Source: a virus (lineage: Duplodnaviria > Caudoviricetes). From it: 64,000 nt of DNA. The stretch is from the IMG/VR virus record IMGVR_UViG_3300008110_007313. One strand, written 5' to 3'. Positions 17,501-26,235 of the stretch are shown here, piece by piece. Within the stretch, counting starts at the first letter, position 1; each line of letters begins with the position of its first letter. The notes below the pieces were generated by a model. The model was not told the DNA's origin. It ran no database searches and was given only the letters and a program-made list of their open reading frames with translations. Made by a program: the position numbers and the translations under genes.

Positions 17501-19850
17501 TGTTTCTCCAAAAAGAAACAGCAACTTCATAGGGAGTAGTGTGCTCAAACATTATGCTCAAGTGCGTACCATCGTCCAGTGTAGCCAGTGCATCATAATC
17601 TCCGTACTCGCTTTTTTCCCATTTGATAGGATAAGGTTGATCAAATGTTTCGGACACATTGTAAGTAGGATCTGTCTTGATCTTGCGCATGCCTGGGGGT
17701 TGCGTAGGATCAGCAGGATCGATATCAGTAACATCCAGCCCTGTGGCTTTGAGATCCTTGATAAACTTGTGTTCAGTTTCTTCATCGCCAAACGAAATAA
17801 CTGAACTTGGTGGTCCTGCGCCAAAGTCGTGCTTGCCCAGACCCTTCATGTTTGAAATATGCTGACCCAGTTTGTACCAGTCATACATGTCGCTGACATC
17901 AATTCGCACTGTGCCAGCAGGCATAGTAGGCGGCGTTTCAGGTCCCAGGGGTTGATTCAAATCTCTATACTTTCCCTGTCCTTGACTGGGCTGTGGCATG
18001 CGACCTTCGCGCAAGTTGGCAGTCTTCATCAGCAGTGCTGGACGACCTTGAGCATCAGTTTTCAACGACATTTTGTTGGCATTCTTGCCTGTAGCACCTG
18101 GACGAACATCGGGGCTAAGAGCCATCACAAAGCGTGGATCATTCTTTTCGGCATCAGTGGGAATGTAACCAGATGCTTCCGCAATGTCTTCGCGTTGATA
18201 CTGATTGCCCGTCCAAGGTTGTTGCTGTGGTTGTTGACGTTGTTGTTGACGTTGTTGTAGTTGCCAAACACGGCTTTGATTCTGTGCTCCGGGATCTCCT
18301 TGTTGAGCCCGTATGTAATTTTTAAATTCTTGATTGAGTTCTTCTTCAGCACCAGCACGAGTCACATTGTGTTTGAGTCTGTATAAGGTACGAGCAACGT
18401 TGAGTATCTGTATTGGATTTAGTTGCCCTTGTTGTTGAACCTGTGGCTGTTGATCTTGTGGCAAGTAGTCTTGTGCCTGTGCGGGGGACATAGCCACCGC
18501 CGCAGCCAAGGCAGCAGCAGCGCCGGCTCGACTCATAACGCCTTCGTCAATTTCTTGACGCATGAACAATTCTGGATGAGCATCAGCATAGTCACGCATG
18601 ACAATGCCGGCTATGGCATGCGCTTCGTTTTCATAATCGCTGCCGGTATCTCCGGCATCATCGGGTAGAGATTCACGTTGATTTTGAGCACAATGAGCTA
18701 ATTCGTGTGCAGTGGTCCGCAGGATGTCCAAGAGATGACGATTGCCCAGACTCACATGTAGCTCATGTGATTCGGGTTTGTACATTCCAAAACTCTTGTT
18801 TTGTTGACTCCATTCAGGATCACGATGCAGTTCTACTCGTGGCAGGCGTTGTATGCCTAATTTTTCAGCGGTGTCTTTGATAAAGTTTTGTACAATATCT
18901 TCATGGTCTTGGTCAGTTTCACTGAGGAATTCTTGAGTGTCTGGGCTCACGCCGTCCCAGGTACTTTGAGCTCCTGCATCACCAATGGCGCTGCCTTGAG
19001 CCATGCCGGTGTTATCTTCGTACATGCTTTCGCCGCCGCCATCGCCACCTCCGGCGTCCCCTTCGCTGCCAAATCCAAACCCAGGATACCAGTAACCGCC
19101 AAGTCCATAGCGCACTTTTTTCTTCTTTTTCTTGCGCTCTTGTAAACTGAGTTCAGCATCTCTAGCAGCGTTACGAGCGTCGATCAGTTTCTTGATATAG
19201 CCTTGATTGCGCAGAACTTTGAAAGCCAAGTTGTCAGACCCGTACTCGCCTTGTTGTTCGAGACCCGACTGTCTCATTGTTTTGATCTTTTTGTGCAGAT
19301 CTGTGATGCGTTGATAATCGTTGGATTTTACAGCATCATCTATCCTTGCTGCAAGATCTTCAACTTTACTGTGAACGCTGACATCATCTATTTCAGGTTT
19401 TCTGCGCTTGGGCACAGATACCCAGTTATTTTTTGACAAGCTGTAGATGCCCTGACTGTGATGTTCTTGATTGGGATCTTGTACATAGAGTTCAACATCG
19501 TACCCGCCTATTTTGATATTGTGCATGTCGTTGTACTGATACTTTTTAGCATCAAACAACTCGCGAAATACTTCACTACTGTCGGCTTCGGGTAAGTCTA
19601 CTACAAGATGTAGATCAATATCGCTGTTGGGGGTGTAGTTGTAGGCAGCATTGGATCCTGACACAGTGATGTCTTTGACATCAAGATCAGGTACGCCTAA
19701 AAATTCTTGGAAATCTGCTGCTATTTCCAGCAGTTTGCTTTTTACTTCAGAACGCAGGTGTTCGTTTTCGTCCCACAACCGGGGATTTAACCGGTTATGG
19801 AACTTTACTGAATCGCTGAGGCGGTAATTGTCTAACTCTGTGATATTCAT
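14568..19850 (-). CDS. 1760-aa multi-domain protein: polB-type nucleotidyltransferase, HExxH metallopeptidase-like, GNAT-like, amidoligase, C-terminal repeats
   Basis: SGSNAAYNYTPNSDIDLHLVVD; TAHELAH; GMEFEM...VEPDGSL...GLEFVSPP...STGLHINIS...KYTSIN...IEFRSPGG; five Trp-containing repeats at the end. Confidence 0.8.
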   Translation of the reverse strand: MNITELDNYRLSDSVKFHNRLNPRLWDENEHLRSEVKSKLLEIAADFQEFLGVPDLDVKDITVSGSNAAYNYTPNSDIDLHLVVDLPEADSSEVFRELFDAKKYQYNDMHNIKIGGYDVELYVQDPNQEHHSQGIYSLSKNNWVSVPKRRKPEIDDVSVHSKVEDLAARIDDAVKSNDYQRITDLHKKIKTMRQSGLEQQGEYGSDNLAFKVLRNQGYIKKLIDARNAARDAELSLQERKKKKKKVRYGLGGYWYPGFGFGSEGDAGGGDGGGESMYEDNTGMAQGSAIGDAGAQSTWDGVSPDTQEFLSETDQDHEDIVQNFIKDTAEKLGIQRLPRVELHRDPEWSQQNKSFGMYKPESHELHVSLGNRHLLDILRTTAHELAHCAQNQRESLPDDAGDTGSDYENEAHAIAGIVMRDYADAHPELFMRQEIDEGVMSRAGAAAALAAAVAMSPAQAQDYLPQDQQPQVQQQGQLNPIQILNVARTLYRLKHNVTRAGAEEELNQEFKNYIRAQQGDPGAQNQSRVWQLQQRQQQRQQPQQQPWTGNQYQREDIAEASGYIPTDAEKNDPRFVMALSPDVRPGATGKNANKMSLKTDAQGRPALLMKTANLREGRMPQPSQGQGKYRDLNQPLGPETPPTMPAGTVRIDVSDMYDWYKLGQHISNMKGLGKHDFGAGPPSSVISFGDEETEHKFIKDLKATGLDVTDIDPADPTQPPGMRKIKTDPTYNVSETFDQPYPIKWEKSEYGDYDALATLDDGTHLSIMFEHTTPYEVAVSFWRNNSQEVTGEGDAQRIFATVLAAIQQFLKQEQPANISFSAVKEDDPTGSRSKLYNKLVQRYAGTWGYQARSFDHDDKVEFELTKIRQNTDEDELVESLRQEFALLEDEFLGEIKMTGKNLRAEAAKTGAIAGMEFEMIVPNIEQDLEPEYEPDWDQDQRSRSFGDVRDFFYDGDYNSRRDADRLIEELDGEYQEWKQEQIAEAWERDGADYVRDYVANNDLFDRDEAMAQARDEIMDANPDLPPESEEFTELLSARLNEMETEFADTAFEDRGRIHDQAFEEFSDEQDEEYDERSFLDDKYQTMSDIQSNFDISWPHYYDINDGQDGEMDIDQVADDFSNSIGKPVNASRQYHGGRREAGHYVVEPDGSLEGDNPGDGGLEFVSPPMPIDEMISDLNKVKAWAKREGCYTNDSTGLHINISVPNYTLAKLDYVKLALLMGDEYVLELFGRSGNTYAKSAIGKIKTMLQRNPDIAPQVMDKMREHMEDIATKAIHSGTTDKYTSINTKTGYIEFRSPGGDWLDANFDKIENTLLRFTVALSAAIDPKAYRQEYLKKLYKLLEGSQTKGGPDVLQLFANYSAGELDKAALIRQVREKQLARNVEKGKVTGKMWWNVARPGYFASVEVVASSKEEAIEKGKQEYPDWRNARDMTATPLRPYQEPQTPEAAGPTLNGRPSNPNGRWIIIDRQDRETPVYRYAAADSNDAFSVLRQWIAANPGGEWMYAQDPTQRLGQPQAQQPAASTDQGNWGIWIINSNRFANQPGSYSRSETPPFYRFPTRAAAEQWIEQQRAERPNMRSDIEVREIEPAEPIPGSTLDLQRQRATANTSPDIDTLTPSGPGPWEVANRDNNQVYYNPPSSNPIEAESQSRTWLRQNGHNEADFEVRTREGVGGTDAAQGGIIDIGPDISPYNVPQTLTRPGQGQQTFTGEWQIVGPEGRVIYRFSGVGNNQGDANRVAMDWLRRNPQNMQAGVEVVPVMG

Positions 19851-19857
19851 AACAGAG

Positions 19858-19863
19858 TATTTA
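19858..19863 (-). promoter_or_regulatory. T4-like late promoter core TAAATA
   Basis: Minus strand reads GGTAAATACTCTGTTATG, 7 nt before the start of the 1760-aa gene. Confidence 0.6.
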
Positions 19864-19875
19864 CCGCAGTTTGTG

Positions 19876-20757
19876 TTAGGCTGCTTTCTTGCTAGAAGCC
19901 AGAACTTCTGTTTCTACAGCAGGTGTAGGCTCTGCAGCCAAGGCATGTGGGGTACCAGCGGCTGGTGCAACAGTGGGGTCTACAGCCTGTGGCATACTTT
20001 TTGGCAGTTGCCCGGCCTGTGCCATAGCGTGCAGATCTTGATAGAGCTTTTCGTGTGTGCCAAAATCAAAGGTGTATGTGCCCACGTGGCGCAACAGCAC
20101 ACGCTTGTCCACAAATACTTGGCCACCAATGTCGCGCCAGTTTTCACAGAATGTCCAGTCTTCTGAGTAGTAACGTCCTTCGCGAACTGCGGTGTCAAAG
20201 TAGGTTTTCATGTGTACGTTGAGTGCAGGGTCAAGACCAATGTCGTTGGTAAATGGCTTCACAGCAGGGTGAGCATTGAGTTTTTCAAAAACTTCGCGTT
20301 TCATCAACAAGAAGCCTGTGCCTGTTTTTGTAACTTCAATCAAGCCCGATGGATCATCTTCAGGAGCACCTGGGATGCCATTTACGCACCATTTAACAGG
20401 CAAGCTCTTCATTGGGTACAAGCCGCCCACAACATCTTTGTCATGATTCAGCAAGGCCAGTAAGTGCCAGGGCTCCCAGCCAATATCAGCATCAATGAAC
20501 ATCAGGTGTGTTGAGCCTTCGGTGTTCAAAAACTTGGCGGTGAGTGTGTTTCGAGCACGACTAATTAGACTTTCATTGGTCATTGTTTCCACAGTCCAAT
20601 CAATGCCCAGTTGTCGGCAAGTATTACCCCATTTGATAAAACTCATAAAGGTCTGCTCAGTGAGCTGGCCTCCATAACAAGGCATACAGATATGTACTCG
20701 AGTGGTACGCAGATAATCGAGGTTAACTTGAATTTGTTGTTGCTGTGATTCAGCCAT
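19876..20757 (-). CDS. glycosyltransferase-like protein (GT-A fold)
   Basis: CMPCYGG, ESLISRARN, THLMFIDADIGW (DxD), GTGFLLMKREVF and SEDWTFC motifs. Confidence 0.75.
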   Translation of the reverse strand: MAESQQQQIQVNLDYLRTTRVHICMPCYGGQLTEQTFMSFIKWGNTCRQLGIDWTVETMTNESLISRARNTLTAKFLNTEGSTHLMFIDADIGWEPWHLLALLNHDKDVVGGLYPMKSLPVKWCVNGIPGAPEDDPSGLIEVTKTGTGFLLMKREVFEKLNAHPAVKPFTNDIGLDPALNVHMKTYFDTAVREGRYYSEDWTFCENWRDIGGQVFVDKRVLLRHVGTYTFDFGTHEKLYQDLHAMAQAGQLPKSMPQAVDPTVAPAAGTPHALAAEPTPAVETEVLASSKKAA

Positions 20758-20811
20758 TGGGATCTCCAGTAAAATTGTAGCAATATTTAATGCTAGCGGC
20801 CAGCAGCGGCA

Positions 20812-22026
20812 TTATTTTAACACACCGGCCTGTTGTACAGATTGATATAAATTGGGTAAAGTAGTGCGCCAATCAAGAGATCTGCGTTGGTCCAATTGAT
20901 GCAACCGATCAATCCATTGATTGTTACCGTTGGCAGATTGCAAACTGCTCGATATTAACTGTGCTACAGCATCTGATTGAGAAGAAAATTCCCGCAGTAA
21001 TTGTTCTTTGAGTGCAAGACTGGCAGTGTCAATACCCAGTAGTCCTACTACCAATTGATAGGTATTGTGTATCTTGATTCTTTCTTGATAAGGTTGAGTA
21101 AACTTCACCCACCAATCTTGTGTTTGTTGAGCAAGATGTACATTGTGTATTCCCAGTGCAGTGGACATGACCACATGGTCAAATCCAAGTTCAATGACTT
21201 TTTGAATGTTTTCAGTTACAGTGTTCCATTTCAGTGGATACCGTATGTATTCAAACTGCGGTCCTGTGCCGTCTATACTAAAATACACAGTGACATGAGC
21301 AGCTTGTTTGAGCAATGCAATCATCTCATCTGACGGCATGCAACTGCCATTCATGTTGAAGCCCACATCAATTTGATTTAGTTTACCCAAATCAGACAGT
21401 TTTTGTAAAATTTTTACAGGGTCTTGACTCAGCACCGGCTCACCGCCGTTGAAATACACACGAACAATGTTTTCAAAGTTTATATGATCAATTATGTTGT
21501 TGTCGCGAGCAGTGGCAGCACTGCGACTGATAGGAAATGCAGTATCTGAAAATTTTTGATCTTCTGCTAACCAGGAACTACTGTGATAGTTGCTGCAAAT
21601 AATACATTTGGCATTGCAAATGGGCTCAACATTCCAGTCGAGATTTTGCAAACCTGGTTGTTGATATTGAGAATAAAATTCAATACTACTGATCCTTAAA
21701 CTGCGTCCAGTGTACTTTTCTTGATTCCAACATACTGAGCATTCTTTGCTGGCAATGCCGGCTTGATTTTCTTGTCTGAGTCGCAGCAAAAATGGATTAG
21801 TATCAAAGTTCACCTGATCATTAGAACAAGATTGGCCTTGAGCTGCACAACAGGGTGCAACCACGCTGGTGTCAGCATCACGCCGCTCCACGTACATGCT
21901 TTTGAATATTGCAGGACAGTAATAAGGATTATTTTTTTCTTCCAGCACAGTGAGCTCTTTGACTGAATCCTTGTGGGCGATCGCAATTGATTGATTGTTT
22001 GTACTTGTCACTCCATTTTTCATCAA
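20812..22026 (-). CDS. radical SAM protein with an N-terminal Cys cluster (true start possibly GTG 21948)
   Basis: CNAKCIIC (CxxxCxxC), YFNGGEP and FSIDG motifs; additional APCC...CSVCW cluster. Confidence 0.85.
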   Translation of the reverse strand: MMKNGVTSTNNQSIAIAHKDSVKELTVLEEKNNPYYCPAIFKSMYVERRDADTSVVAPCCAAQGQSCSNDQVNFDTNPFLLRLRQENQAGIASKECSVCWNQEKYTGRSLRISSIEFYSQYQQPGLQNLDWNVEPICNAKCIICSNYHSSSWLAEDQKFSDTAFPISRSAATARDNNIIDHINFENIVRVYFNGGEPVLSQDPVKILQKLSDLGKLNQIDVGFNMNGSCMPSDEMIALLKQAAHVTVYFSIDGTGPQFEYIRYPLKWNTVTENIQKVIELGFDHVVMSTALGIHNVHLAQQTQDWWVKFTQPYQERIKIHNTYQLVVGLLGIDTASLALKEQLLREFSSQSDAVAQLISSSLQSANGNNQWIDRLHQLDQRRSLDWRTTLPNLYQSVQQAGVLK

Positions 22027-24598
22027 TGTAATCTTCGTTTGTGGGTTGATCTTTTGTCTTAATATGATTTACAACTGCAGGAGTTTTTTTCTTGTCGGGA
22101 GCAACATACACATTCTGTTTAGTCTGTGTCTGTGTGTTTTGTATTCTCAATGACTTTGCTACTGGTTCTACTTTGATGTTTTCTGCTTCAGTTACACGTG
22201 GTGCTCGACGGAGATAATTTACAGCCATGCTCAACGCCTGGCCCACTGCAACAGTGGGCTTTTTACCAGGTACAGCATCGGCCACTACCACTCGCAGTTT
22301 GACCTTGCCGCTGGGCAACACATCGACCACTTTGGCATGTACCCGTTGATGATTAGAAAAGTTCTTGGTCAGGTCTAACACTTGTCCTGTGGACTCTTCC
22401 AAGGTAGCAGCCCAGCCTTGGTTTTCCCCTACAGCAGACTCTGCAGCAGTACCAATCAGATGCTTTGCATCGCCTGCCTTTTCCCAAGCGGCCCACATTG
22501 CTTTGCCTTGACTTGTTTGATTATAACTGGCTCGAATATCATTGCCTAACATTTTAGCATACGCATACATTGTGGATGCAATGCCTTTGTTTCTATATGC
22601 TGGATCAACCTCAGTGCCGCCACTTTCTAAGTAATCTGCGGATGGCATTCTTCTTCCGCCCGGAGATCTTACAATTATTTCAAATAGGATATGACCTATT
22701 TCCTTATTGCCGTCATAGGCTTTGATCCACAACAATGGAGCACCTTCAAAGTCCTCAGCGGTTGCTGTGTAAGTGTAATCACCAATTTTTTGTTTGTGTT
22801 TGAATCTTGGATTGAGTATGGCCGAGTTTATTGTTTCCGCCACACCTTGCGGTTGTGTTGCATTTACTTTATAGAACGGCTCAGAACCAAGTTTAGCAAG
22901 AAATGCATTAACACGTTTTTTAAATTCATCTGGGTTTGCACTAACCTCAGAATGTCCCATTGGCTGTAAATCTTTGTTGATGATTGCATCACCGGTCTTT
23001 TTCATAAAAGGTATTTGCGCTTCTACACTAGATAAATCGCCTAAAGCATTGTTTAGTCTAGCTGCACCGAGTGCTAACATTTTGCTGCCGTAAAATTTGT
23101 TAATTGAGTCTTCGCCGCCCTTGTTCAACCAGCCCGAAGAGTGCCGGCCAAACACAGGATACCACTTACCTGTTGGAACCGAAGCCTTGCCGCCGCCACC
23201 AGTACTAATATAATAAGGAACGTTAACACCGAGAACATTCATAACTACCATGATTCTGTCACCGGTGTTAACTACTTTGGCAGTACCTTTAGGATTAGTG
23301 GAAGAAGTAAATACAGGCAAGTCCACCAGACCTGATAGTTTATCTGCGTATTCAAGGCCTTCTGTCACACCTTCGTCATACTCATCACGACCCCAGGGTT
23401 CGCCGTATATCTTTTCCCAGTCTTGGTTGAGCGGTAGATCATTTTCCTGCCAGTATGAACCCAGTTGATCCTTTAACTGTGTGTCGCCTTGCAGGTATGC
23501 ATCAAACCCTGTCTTTAGTCCTTTTAAGAAACCATCACGAACTTGCTCAAAATGTGCTATGTCAGCTGCCTGACTTTGCAGTGTGCCAGCTTGTGCTAAG
23601 TCTTGTTTGGTCCATCCAGCATCTATTAGGTCCTGTAGTTCTTCTTGTTTTTGCTGGGAGAAATCATTGACAAAGTTTGCAGTAACAGCGTAATAACTTG
23701 AAGCAGAATCGCCGCCGGGTGCAAATTCATTTAGAGAGCCTTCCGCTACACCTTGGTCACCTCGACCAACCAATCTAATTAGATAACCTTGTTTGAAATG
23801 CACTGGATGATACATGACCACATTCATAGTACTGTCGTTATTCCAGGATATTTTTACATCGCCGCCAGCTGCGCGAATTTTGCCCATTATGTTTTCTATC
23901 TCTTGCTTGTTCTTATTAGGACCATACAAGGCATTGCCAAGATCATCTGCTAGTTGTAACAAATATGACTTTTCGTCTCCGCCATCGCCACTGGACGGAG
24001 CAAACTCGTTTAGTTCTGTGCCCATAGCTGTGTCTAATAGTTTGACCACTGTGGCAGCTAGTTTGGGATTGGCTTGTGTTCGGGGATACAGACTCATCAC
24101 AAGAGCCTGTTTTCGTTTGTCATTTAGCCGGGGCCATGCACCACGAATCTCTGTGGCCGATGTCATACCAGGACCAAACTCCACTGTGGGCAGGTAGGCC
24201 ATATAGGCATGTTGAGCAAACGGCTCAACATTTTTGCCTGTCCAGGGCTGTAGGTAACTGGGACTGCCATCTTTCTTTACCCCGCCTGGTCGTGGAGGCG
24301 ACCCACGATCTTTGTCACTGCGCACAAAGATCAGGGTATCTTGCTCAGGATTGTATCGGGCTGTTACTTCTTCGGCCTTGAACGGGCTTTTGACCTGGAC
24401 AAATCTGTTGGGTGCAACACCAGCTAGCTTGGCTAATTTTTCTTTGATTGCAAACGGAAATGGTCTAGCACTGGTGTCGTTGGTGGCCGCAACATAAACG
24501 TCAGCGTCGGGAAACGCATCTACTGCACTTTTGTACAGTGCATAGTGTCCTGCGTGAAACGGATGAAACCCACCGGGCATGATTACAATTGTGGTCAT
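21929..24598 (-). CDS. 889-aa multi-domain protein: cytidylyltransferase-like (HxGH) domain, unknown modules, GNAT acetyltransferase, basic C-terminal module
   Basis: MPGGFHPFHAGH; EVDPAYRNKGIASTMY acetyl-CoA-binding motif; modules separated by LNEFAP / GVAEG / GVTEG / GVAET. Confidence 0.8.
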   Translation of the reverse strand: MTTIVIMPGGFHPFHAGHYALYKSAVDAFPDADVYVAATNDTSARPFPFAIKEKLAKLAGVAPNRFVQVKSPFKAEEVTARYNPEQDTLIFVRSDKDRGSPPRPGGVKKDGSPSYLQPWTGKNVEPFAQHAYMAYLPTVEFGPGMTSATEIRGAWPRLNDKRKQALVMSLYPRTQANPKLAATVVKLLDTAMGTELNEFAPSSGDGGDEKSYLLQLADDLGNALYGPNKNKQEIENIMGKIRAAGGDVKISWNNDSTMNVVMYHPVHFKQGYLIRLVGRGDQGVAEGSLNEFAPGGDSASSYYAVTANFVNDFSQQKQEELQDLIDAGWTKQDLAQAGTLQSQAADIAHFEQVRDGFLKGLKTGFDAYLQGDTQLKDQLGSYWQENDLPLNQDWEKIYGEPWGRDEYDEGVTEGLEYADKLSGLVDLPVFTSSTNPKGTAKVVNTGDRIMVVMNVLGVNVPYYISTGGGGKASVPTGKWYPVFGRHSSGWLNKGGEDSINKFYGSKMLALGAARLNNALGDLSSVEAQIPFMKKTGDAIINKDLQPMGHSEVSANPDEFKKRVNAFLAKLGSEPFYKVNATQPQGVAETINSAILNPRFKHKQKIGDYTYTATAEDFEGAPLLWIKAYDGNKEIGHILFEIIVRSPGGRRMPSADYLESGGTEVDPAYRNKGIASTMYAYAKMLGNDIRASYNQTSQGKAMWAAWEKAGDAKHLIGTAAESAVGENQGWAATLEESTGQVLDLTKNFSNHQRVHAKVVDVLPSGKVKLRVVVADAVPGKKPTVAVGQALSMAVNYLRRAPRVTEAENIKVEPVAKSLRIQNTQTQTKQNVYVAPDKKKTPAVVNHIKTKDQPTNEDYIDEKWSDKYKQSINCDRPQGFSQRAHCAGRKK

Positions 24599-24603
24599 GC
24601 CTG

Positions 24604-24609
24604 TATTTA
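24604..24609 (-). promoter_or_regulatory. T4-like late promoter core TAAATA
   Basis: Minus strand ACTAAATACAGGCATG; the identical 16-mer precedes the gene starting at 34208. Confidence 0.65.
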
Positions 24610-24611
24610 GT

Positions 24612-25049
24612 TTACATATTTTCCAACAGCCAAAGGTAAGCAGGGGTAGTAAACTTCAAACTTACTGTGCCGTTGCAGCCTAATGTATTGTAAAATTTAT
24701 GATCTGAGTGTTCACTAGCACTGTTGAAACTGTGGCTGTATACCGCTTGTTCTCGAACAACTTGATCAATGTCGATGTCATCTATCTTGAAGTTGTTGAC
24801 TTCAATTAGGCTGTCGCTGATGATTTCTAATTTTTCATTGACCTGCGTGTGTTGCGTAGTTTTGTTTTTCAACACAATTTTTATTGTGTGCGGTTGCTCA
24901 ATCTCATCGTCAAATTCGTGGGTGACATGCAGGGTGTTGGTCACTTGATTGTGATCAAGCAAACATTGGGCATTAACCCAAACTTCCATGCCCAGTGGTT
25001 GTTGTACATTGCTGGGCACAATGTCAAACTCTAAGAGTGAAATGGTCAT
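24612..25049 (-). CDS. hypothetical protein
   Basis: 145-aa ORF coupled to the upstream gene. Confidence 0.65.
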   Translation of the reverse strand: MTISLLEFDIVPSNVQQPLGMEVWVNAQCLLDHNQVTNTLHVTHEFDDEIEQPHTIKIVLKNKTTQHTQVNEKLEIISDSLIEVNNFKIDDIDIDQVVREQAVYSHSFNSASEHSDHKFYNTLGCNGTVSLKFTTPAYLWLLENM

Positions 25050-25411
25050 TAGTAATTGATTGTTACAGAATTGATAGTGCCGCCTGAGAATCCTTCTACG
25101 CGGATTCTCATCCAGGTAAAATTACCAGTGATTGTGGTGGGATGATAATCAGTTAATGGGATAGTGGACCCATCGCCGTACACGTAGGTTTCAAACCACA
25201 CAGCATTGTCGGCGTTGCTGTCTAACGTGGCTTCTAGTCTCATGATGCCTTCAAAACCAGACACGCTGAACGTGATGGTCTGTAATCCGCCTCGACCGCG
25301 ATAGTAGTTGGCAGCTTTGACAGCATCTGACGGCCAATCTTGGCTGCTTCCGTCATAGTTGCCGGAAGGCACACCGTAGTCAGTGCTGCCAAGAATGATT
25401 TCAGTGGTCAT
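25049..25411 (-). CDS. hypothetical protein (beta-rich, possibly virion)
   Basis: 120-aa ORF coupled on both sides. Confidence 0.65.
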   Translation of the reverse strand: MTTEIILGSTDYGVPSGNYDGSSQDWPSDAVKAANYYRGRGGLQTITFSVSGFEGIMRLEATLDSNADNAVWFETYVYGDGSTIPLTDYHPTTITGNFTWMRIRVEGFSGGTINSVTINY

Positions 25412-25581
25412 TGTTTGAGTTCAACTTCTACAACAACACCAGCACCCACAAGCTCTTCGCTCACAGCAGTGATAGCCTGCACAACATCAGCACTGGCAAT
25501 GGTGCCAGGACCTGTGGGTTCGTCGTCTTTCATCAGCTTGGAAAGTTTGATGGTAATGATTTCTTCGTGTATTTTAGCCAT
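25408..25581 (-). CDS. small hypothetical protein (57 aa; below the ORF-track cut-off)
   Basis: MAKIHEEIITIKLSKLMKDDEPTGPG...VVVEVELKQ; ATGA overlap with the next gene; TAAATA 7 nt upstream (25589-25594). Confidence 0.65.
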   Translation of the reverse strand: MAKIHEEIITIKLSKLMKDDEPTGPGTIASADVVQAITAVSEELVGAGVVVEVELKQ

Positions 25582-25587
25582 AGTGTA

Positions 25588-26235
25588 TTATTTAGCCTTG
25601 ATGGTTAGAGTTTTGCGTACAATGCCTGGACAAACCAGTTGTAACATCACAAGATCTTGCATGTTGTTGTGATCCACAAAATAGTGACTCAAAGTATAAA
25701 AGTTGTTGCCTTTGCTGAGTTTGCGATGTAGTTCTTCAGTTATTCTAAAACAGTCACCGCGACTCAGTAAAAACTTAGACAAAATGTTCATGTTTTCTTT
25801 GGTCATGAAGCGTTCTCTAAGAAAAGTGCGATATTGATATTTGGGATTTTTCAACAGCAAGGTATCACGAGCACGATTTATAACAGCTTGCGTGGCCCAA
25901 CAATCTTGAGCATAGGGCAATGCACTCAAGCTTTGTAGGTCAGCCACAGAGTTGCTGTAAATGTAAACATGGTCATAGGTGAACACCACTTTGTGCTCGC
26001 CAAGGCTGACTAGACGATCTATTAGATCATGCAGATTTTTTTTAGCATCATCGTCTACCGTAGATGTATAGCGTCTAGGAGAATGCGTATTGTGCCAATG
26101 AACTCTGTGATCAATAAATTCATGGCTGAGTCCTCGCACGAAACTAACATGTTTGAGTTTAAAAGTCAGTCCGTATTCGTACTTGTCGTAGAATAGCCGG
26201 TCTTTAAAAGTTGGGTTAAAGATTAACGTTTCCAT
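25588..26235 (-). CDS. hypothetical protein
   Basis: Likely start ATG 26235 (METLIFNP), overlapping the end of clpA. Confidence 0.65.
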   Translation of the reverse strand: METLIFNPTFKDRLFYDKYEYGLTFKLKHVSFVRGLSHEFIDHRVHWHNTHSPRRYTSTVDDDAKKNLHDLIDRLVSLGEHKVVFTYDHVYIYSNSVADLQSLSALPYAQDCWATQAVINRARDTLLLKNPKYQYRTFLRERFMTKENMNILSKFLLSRGDCFRITEELHRKLSKGNNFYTLSHYFVDHNNMQDLVMLQLVCPGIVRKTLTIKAK

